DNA of 64,000 bases, taken from the NCBI GenBank assembly GCA_044376115.1, contig JBILLK010000008.1, forward strand, positions 224,001-288,000, written 5' to 3'. Source of the stretch: Polyangiaceae bacterium (GTDB lineage: Bacteria; Myxococcota_A; Polyangia; Polyangiales; Polyangiaceae). Each line of letters begins with the position of its first letter. The stretch's first letter is position 1. The position numbers and the translations under genes are program-made. Shown here piece by piece: positions 58,516 through 64,000 of this stretch. The notes beneath the pieces were generated by a model. That model worked only from the letters and a program-made list of their open reading frames with translations. It did not search any database and was not told where the DNA came from.

Positions 58516-59427
58516 ATGGACTGCGAACGATTCGACCAACATGTGATGGACGCCCTTTACGGCGAACTCGACGAGCTGAGCTCTGAAGCTCTGAAGCGTC
58601 ACGTGGAGGGTTGTGCGCGTTGTGGGGGAGTGCTCGCGAGTCTCCGTTCGACACGTGCTGCAATCGAGATCCCGCTGGTCGAACCGAGTGAAGCGCTGGA
58701 GCAGCGAATCTTGGCGGCCGAGCGCACGGCGGTCAAACACATGCCGTGGCACCGCAAGGTGGTGCGCGCCGCCGCCTGGGCCGGGAGTCACGCGATGCGG
58801 CCACAGCTCGCGATGGCGGCGCTGTTCATGTTCGTGATCGGCTCGAGCATGATGCTGCTGCGCGCTCGACCAGGGACACTTTCGCCGCCGGTGACGGTGC
58901 GCGATGAAGGGCGGCCGGGAACCGAGGAAGCGCCGGCAGCTGCAGCTGCGGAACAGCAGGCGCGCCGTTCATTGGGTGAGGGCCGTGCAACGAGCAAAGA
59001 CATCGACGGGCTGACTGGCGCCCAGGAAAAGACGAAAGAGGCCGACGACGTAGGCAAGGCCGAGACGTTCAAGATGAGCGAGGCGGCAGCGGGCGAGGCG
59101 GCAGCGGACGAGGCGGCAGCGGGCGAGGCGGCAGCGGGCGAATCAGAGCTCGCTCAAGCGCTGCAGTTGAAGGCGAACTCGGGCTGTGCTGACGCGGCAA
59201 AAGCGCTGAAAGAGGTTGAACAGCGCTTCCCAGGCTCGGCGGCGGCGGGAAAGGCCAAGGCGGCTGCGCGGGACTGCGACGGGTTCGCAAACGCCGAGGC
59301 CGCGCCGATGGCAGCACCGAACTCGGCGCGAGGCGCGCCCAATCCCAGCACCGCTGCGACGGCCACGGCAATGACAGCCACGGCCACAGCTTCAACCTCC
59401 GCCAAGGCCCCCCAAGCGAGCCCCTGA
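58516..59427 (+). CDS. zinc-binding (ZAS, zf-HC2) transmembrane anti-sigma factor
   Basis: HVEGCARC (HxxxCxxC), TM segment, periplasmic tail; 15-bp x4 repeat (EAAAG) at 59080-59139. Confidence 0.88.
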   Translation: MDCERFDQHVMDALYGELDELSSEALKRHVEGCARCGGVLASLRSTRAAIEIPLVEPSEALEQRILAAERTAVKHMPWHRKVVRAAAWAGSHAMRPQLAMAALFMFVIGSSMMLLRARPGTLSPPVTVRDEGRPGTEEAPAAAAAEQQARRSLGEGRATSKDIDGLTGAQEKTKEADDVGKAETFKMSEAAAGEAAADEAAAGEAAAGESELAQALQLKANSGCADAAKALKEVEQRFPGSAAAGKAKAAARDCDGFANAEAAPMAAPNSARGAPNPSTAATATAMTATATASTSAKAPQASP

Positions 59428-59436
59428 CAACGGTTC

Positions 59437-61095
59437 TCACTCCGGCAGAGGGAACGCCCGAATGAAGATTCCCGGGACGCTTGCGCCCAAGTCCGTCCAA
59501 CCGAACACGACCTGATCCGCCACCGCAATCGCAGGGCCTTTGGGGGCTACGGCGCCCGCGGAAACGGAGAAGTCTCCGTTTTGGCCGGTTAGTGCGTTGA
59601 ACAGGAACGAAGCGTCTTTTCCAGCGAAGCGTGCTCTCACCTCCGCTCCGCTCTCCCAGGCAACCACGTAAAAGCCGCCCGACGGTCCTGCCGCGCAGAT
59701 GGGTGAACCTTGAGAGCCGCTTGCCTCGCTATGGATCGGGGACGCTTGATCGTCGGCGAGAGCTGACCCACTCGCGTCGTAGCGCTGAAACAGCACGTCA
59801 TCGCCACTTCGGAAGGCCACGCCCAGCGAGCCGTCGGTCAACACGGCCACCGCAGGTTGGTCTTGAACGCCGGCTGTCTTGGCGTTCACGAGCACGGCGT
59901 CGGCGACCGTCCCCGAGCTTGAAACCCTCGAAAGAAAGATACCGTCGGCGTCCCCGGTACCAGCGCCCGCATAAGCGATCGCCCACCCCGAGGCCGCTCC
60001 AGCAACGGCTGGGCTACTGCCTGCGCCTGCAACGACGAACTGGTCCTCGAAGGTGGTCCCGTTGAACTTCCGTGCGAGCACTTGCCCACCTTGTTCCCAT
60101 ACGACGAGGGCCTGCCCAGCGGGCCCAGCAGCAATGGCAACGTCCTGCACCGAGGTGAGCTCATCGGAGGCGATCAAAGCAGAACCGTCCGAGCAACCGT
60201 CCTCGTCCACGATGACGACCGAGGCATCCACCCGACCGTTGGACTTCTCATCGGACATAAACGCGAGCACAGCTCCCGAGGCGAGCGGCGCGATCGTCGG
60301 GTTGGTTTGGTTCCGCAGGGCCAACTGCTGGGTGCCGTTGCAGCGGAGGTACAGACGAACGGTTTCAGCGAGCACCGCAGGATCGGTTATCGGGGACAAA
60401 TCGGATTGCAGGATGCGCAGCCCAATATCCTGGTTGATCGAAGGGTAATTGAACGCCGCACGCAAACCGCCGTCGAGCTGCGCGTCACCTCCCGCAAAAG
60501 TGAGCGATAGCGCGCCCTGCCCTTTGTCTTCAGCGAGGTCGTCGAGCTGCAACGGCTTCGTCAGACAGTCGGTTCCGCACTTGAAACTTTCAGTGCTTCC
60601 GCCGCACGTTGGGCTTCCGCCTTCATCACAAAGCTCGCCCGTTTGAAGGACGCCGTCACCGCAGCAGGACTCCTCGACGATGCGCACCACCTTGATGGCG
60701 ACGTCGACAGGGTCACGGTCGATGGTCGCCGTGGCACAACCTTGCGCGAGCACACCGGCCGAACTCTTCGCTTGCACGAAGAACATCTTTTCGGCGTCGT
60801 CTTGCTCGAGCGTAATCTCTCCGCACCACGTCGCTCCTCCCGAGCAACCATCTTTCGAGAGCGAGAAACTCTGCGCATCTCCGGGGACCTCGCCGACCGA
60901 ACCATCCGCGGAACAGCTGCTGCCCTCGGCCGAAAAAACGCTAAGAGATAGCGAGGTCGCCTCGTCGAGCACGCCCTGCGGAGCCGACATCACGAGGCCA
61001 ATCGCAGAGACCTCCGAAGACCGACAGCCGAAGGGAAGCAAAGTTGGGAGGGCGCAAGCGATGGAAAGCACCGACGCCGCAGACACTAGTCGCAT
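59437..61095 (-). CDS. lipoprotein with Cys-rich repeat and beta-rich domain
   Basis: PFGC lipobox; CGDGVLQTGELCDEG; VNAKTAGVQDQPAVA repeats. Confidence 0.78.
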   Translation of the reverse strand: MRLVSAASVLSIACALPTLLPFGCRSSEVSAIGLVMSAPQGVLDEATSLSLSVFSAEGSSCSADGSVGEVPGDAQSFSLSKDGCSGGATWCGEITLEQDDAEKMFFVQAKSSAGVLAQGCATATIDRDPVDVAIKVVRIVEESCCGDGVLQTGELCDEGGSPTCGGSTESFKCGTDCLTKPLQLDDLAEDKGQGALSLTFAGGDAQLDGGLRAAFNYPSINQDIGLRILQSDLSPITDPAVLAETVRLYLRCNGTQQLALRNQTNPTIAPLASGAVLAFMSDEKSNGRVDASVVIVDEDGCSDGSALIASDELTSVQDVAIAAGPAGQALVVWEQGGQVLARKFNGTTFEDQFVVAGAGSSPAVAGAASGWAIAYAGAGTGDADGIFLSRVSSSGTVADAVLVNAKTAGVQDQPAVAVLTDGSLGVAFRSGDDVLFQRYDASGSALADDQASPIHSEASGSQGSPICAAGPSGGFYVVAWESGAEVRARFAGKDASFLFNALTGQNGDFSVSAGAVAPKGPAIAVADQVVFGWTDLGASVPGIFIRAFPLPE

Positions 61096-61138
61096 GCCGG
61101 GATTCTACTCGCCGAGCCTTGAGGTCGGCGGAAAATTG

Positions 61139-61549
61139 CTAGGCGTCGACCACGGGGTGGAGTTCAGCCGGGAGAAAGGCAATCGAGCGTATGGCTTGCA
61201 GCAAGCGGTTGCGGTCACCCAGTTGAAGCTCACCAAAACGAATTCCCATACCTGGATTCGGACAGCCTGGGCTGTCTGGGTTGATCCACTGCACGGTGCC
61301 TTCGAGTTCGAAGCGATCCGCTGCGTCGGCGTCACGAAGACCGTCCCCCGTCGGCGTTGAGACGATACGGGGGGCGAACTTCAGCACGAGTGGAGTGCCG
61401 ATTGGCAGCGGGGCCTGCGTTCGCACGAAGATGCCCATCGCCGAAACGTTGGTGATGGTTGCGAATAGAAAGGTGTCTTCGGTTTCGCAATCGACCTGCC
61501 AGTCGACGCAGAACCGCTCACCCATCCTGCGTTCATTCGATCCGCTCAA
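61139..61549 (-). CDS. stand-alone PilZ-domain protein (myxobacterial type)
   Basis: RRxxxR, NVSAMGIF, GTVQWIN, PGMGIRF. Confidence 0.9.
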   Translation of the reverse strand: MSGSNERRMGERFCVDWQVDCETEDTFLFATITNVSAMGIFVRTQAPLPIGTPLVLKFAPRIVSTPTGDGLRDADAADRFELEGTVQWINPDSPGCPNPGMGIRFGELQLGDRNRLLQAIRSIAFLPAELHPVVDA

Positions 61550-61601
61550 GACACGATCGTCCTAGCGGGACTTTCAGCGGCCGTCGAGAGCCCGACCCGA
61601 C

Positions 61602-64000
61602 TTAGCGGACGACGACCGTGCCGAGCTCAACACGGTTGTCGCGTGCCGGCCCCTCGGTCACGTTGATCCGCTCGCCGCCGACGAAGAAGCCAGTGAGCAG
61701 CCGGCAGTTCCCAGGGCCCCAATTCGGCGGCAGTCGAAACGGGTGGTCATCGATCAGGACGTCTCCAGCCAGCCACAACTTCATGGGGTAGATCCCGGCC
61801 ACCGGCTCGTGATCGGCGTTGAAGCGCTTGCCGTCTTTCTCGAAATGCACGAACGCTGTCCACTCCGCAGGGATGCGGCGGCGCACCCGAAACGCACTGC
61901 GAAAGAGGTAGTCCTCCCCAGGCAGCACGACCTCCACCTGTTTGCCCGACGCGGTGCGAATCTCCCAGCCTAGAAGCTCGAGTGAGTCGTCAAACACGAC
62001 GCTGCTCGAGCGCGCCAAGGTTGGCGAATCGGAGCCGAGAATGGTGTCGAGCGGGTTGCTGGAGCGGTCAGCTCGGGAAGCCAAGAGCAACATCGCGGAC
62101 TGTTCCATCACCACGGGCACGTTCACTTGATGTTCGGAGCGCCAAAGATGGTTGAAGACCGGCAAATCGCTGCGTTTCAGCACCAAGAAGCGTTTACCCT
62201 CGGCGAACTCGCTCCTGTCGAGGAAGCTAAAGGCGGCCGGTAACGCGTCGAAATTCACGACGTCCTCGTCCAGGTAGAAGGACGAAAGAGCGCGGCTCAG
62301 ACCCGTAACGCCGACTTCATCCTGAGGCGCGCGCAACCTCTTGAACGCCTGGAAGGCGCCTTTCGGTGAAGCGTGGTCGAAGCTTGCCGGGAAATAGTCG
62401 AACGCCAGCGTGGCTCCAGAACAAGCGGTGCCGAGGCTCAACAAGGTCATCGAAGAGAACGACCAGCGCCGCCGCAGCCAGCCGAGAAGATCGCGCAAGA
62501 GGGAAACCGAGGCCACGACGAACAGCGCAGCGAGCGGCAGGAACCACCACGCGGCAACGCCAGCCTCACCAAGCCAGATCGGCACGTTCGCGAGCGGTGC
62601 CCACCCAGCGCGAACCCCCACCGCGAGCATTGCGGCCAAACCAACCAACGCCGCCTCGATCAGCACCAACGCGAACATGAGGCTGCCCTGCGCAGCCGAA
62701 TAAAGCTGCGCAAAAGCGGCGCGCATCGCCGCGCGTTTGGCCGTGAGGTACGGCCGAAAGCCCCCGGGCGCGGCCACCTCGGATGGCGTCAGCGTGGACA
62801 ACAGCAACGCAGCGAGCAGGCTGAGCGTGGCTCGTGTGATGCCAGTATGTCCGACAAAGGTTGGGTCCAGTTCGATGCCCGGGAGCGCGAAGCCCTCGAG
62901 GAGTCGCACGGGCGACCGCTGCATATCGACGTGGAGGACACCGAGCGACAGGACGGAGATGACCAGCGACAGCCGTGACAGCTGCGTCTGCCGCAAGTCA
63001 TCAAGCAAGACGCCAATCACCCCCGCGAGGAAGCCGACGCCGAAGAACGGCAGATTTCCGGCGAGCGGGGTCAATAGCAGTGACGCGACAACCCCGAAGC
63101 AGCTCCCTGCAAGCAAGACCGCCCTGCCAAAGCCGCGCCGAGAGTCAGCGTCCTCCGCTTTTGCCAAGGATGCGAAGCCGATGGGAAGAAGCGCACTCAA
63201 TGGGAAGAGGCCGTGACCGAGATGCCGAAATACGCGGTCGAACGTCGAGCTGTCGGGGTCCGGGTCGACGAACGGCATGCCAGCCGCGCGGAGCGTATTG
63301 ATCGAACCGTGGCCCGCGAAAGCCAACGAAAGGAAGTACGCCAAGGCACCAACTCCGACCACGAGCAGGCTGGTAGCAGGCCAATTCGAGCGTCCGGCGG
63401 TCTGCTTCGATCGCCGAAACAAAGCGGGAAAACCAACCGCTAGCAACGGCAGCGCGACCACCAAGAGCCCACGACTCAGGTAGCCAACAACGACCCCGAG
63501 CAGCAGCAAGAGCCAGCCCGCCGCACGGGGGCGAACGCTCGTCTCGACGCAAATGAGGGTGAACCCTGCGGCCGTCGTCAGGACCGCAGCCATCGGCACG
63601 ATGTCCCCAATCATCGTGCGAGCCTGCAGAAAAAAGACCGGCAGCGAGAGCAACACCAGCACTGAAACGGCCGCAGCTCGCACGCCAATGGTCCGCCAAA
63701 TCATCACCAAGAGAGACGCGCCCGCGAGCCAACCCCACGCAGCGAGGGGCAACCGACCCGCCCAGTCGTGCACGCCAAATAGTGCAAATGAAGCGCCAAT
63801 CGAGGTGATGCCCAGCTCACCGGTTCCCAAATCCGAAAGCGTCGGAATGGTGGTTGGGTCTCCCGCGCGCGCCAACTCGCTACGTCCCCACGCATGAACT
63901 GCCACACGGCGGGCAGCGTCTGCCGTGTCGACCTCATGGGGATCCCAGACCCCGGAACTGGCGATCGGCGAAAAAAGCCAAACGGCAGCGAAACACAGCA
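61602..64000 (-). CDS. GT-C (ArnT/PMT-like) glycosyltransferase, 5'-partial
   Basis: SGVWDPHE near edge, LFGVHDWAGRLP, QARTMIGDIV, many TMs, C-terminal periplasmic domain (FVH...DHEP...W..GD). Confidence 0.82.
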   Translation of the reverse strand, partial: LCFAAVWLFSPIASSGVWDPHEVDTADAARRVAVHAWGRSELARAGDPTTIPTLSDLGTGELGITSIGASFALFGVHDWAGRLPLAAWGWLAGASLLVMIWRTIGVRAAAVSVLVLLSLPVFFLQARTMIGDIVPMAAVLTTAAGFTLICVETSVRPRAAGWLLLLLGVVVGYLSRGLLVVALPLLAVGFPALFRRSKQTAGRSNWPATSLLVVGVGALAYFLSLAFAGHGSINTLRAAGMPFVDPDPDSSTFDRVFRHLGHGLFPLSALLPIGFASLAKAEDADSRRGFGRAVLLAGSCFGVVASLLLTPLAGNLPFFGVGFLAGVIGVLLDDLRQTQLSRLSLVISVLSLGVLHVDMQRSPVRLLEGFALPGIELDPTFVGHTGITRATLSLLAALLLSTLTPSEVAAPGGFRPYLTAKRAAMRAAFAQLYSAAQGSLMFALVLIEAALVGLAAMLAVGVRAGWAPLANVPIWLGEAGVAAWWFLPLAALFVVASVSLLRDLLGWLRRRWSFSSMTLLSLGTACSGATLAFDYFPASFDHASPKGAFQAFKRLRAPQDEVGVTGLSRALSSFYLDEDVVNFDALPAAFSFLDRSEFAEGKRFLVLKRSDLPVFNHLWRSEHQVNVPVVMEQSAMLLLASRADRSSNPLDTILGSDSPTLARSSSVVFDDSLELLGWEIRTASGKQVEVVLPGEDYLFRSAFRVRRRIPAEWTAFVHFEKDGKRFNADHEPVAGIYPMKLWLAGDVLIDDHPFRLPPNWGPGNCRLLTGFFVGGERINVTEGPARDNRVELGTVVVR

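Overview
GC-rich bacterial chromosome segment, very likely a myxobacterium (Polyangiales/Sorangiineae-like). The evidence for this is the many Cys-rich lipoproteins, a stand-alone myxobacterial PilZ protein, a Glt/Agm-type gene cluster and a TSP3-OmpA protein. All family calls come from reading motifs by eye; no database search was run. The left half (~1.2-34.5 kb) is an accessory mosaic around tRNA-Arg(CCT) and tRNA-Asn(GTT). It holds many unrelated secreted lipoproteins and several gene remnants or chimeras. It also holds a candidate two-gene defence module (ABC/AAA ATPase plus PD-(D/E)xK-like protein), an R2K-type ATP-grasp protein, and apparently degenerate derivatives of core proteins: a stand-alone GyrB ATPase domain lacking catalytic residues, a heme-copper oxidase subunit I-like protein lacking most metal ligands, and a GltC-like TPR lipoprotein. 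The right half (~34.7-64 kb) is housekeeping and envelope: a flippase-like protein, rluD, maf, two GT-C glycosyltransferases and a TraB-like OmpA protein. It also has a long minus-strand run encoding a Glt/Nfs-like trans-envelope machine (GltC/D/E/F/G-like plus a degenerate TolQ/ExbB-like protein), followed by an outer-membrane beta-barrel and a short OPX (Wza) polysaccharide-export pair. An ECF sigma/ZAS anti-sigma pair is divergent from this run. I saw no integrase, transposase, CRISPR array or rRNA.
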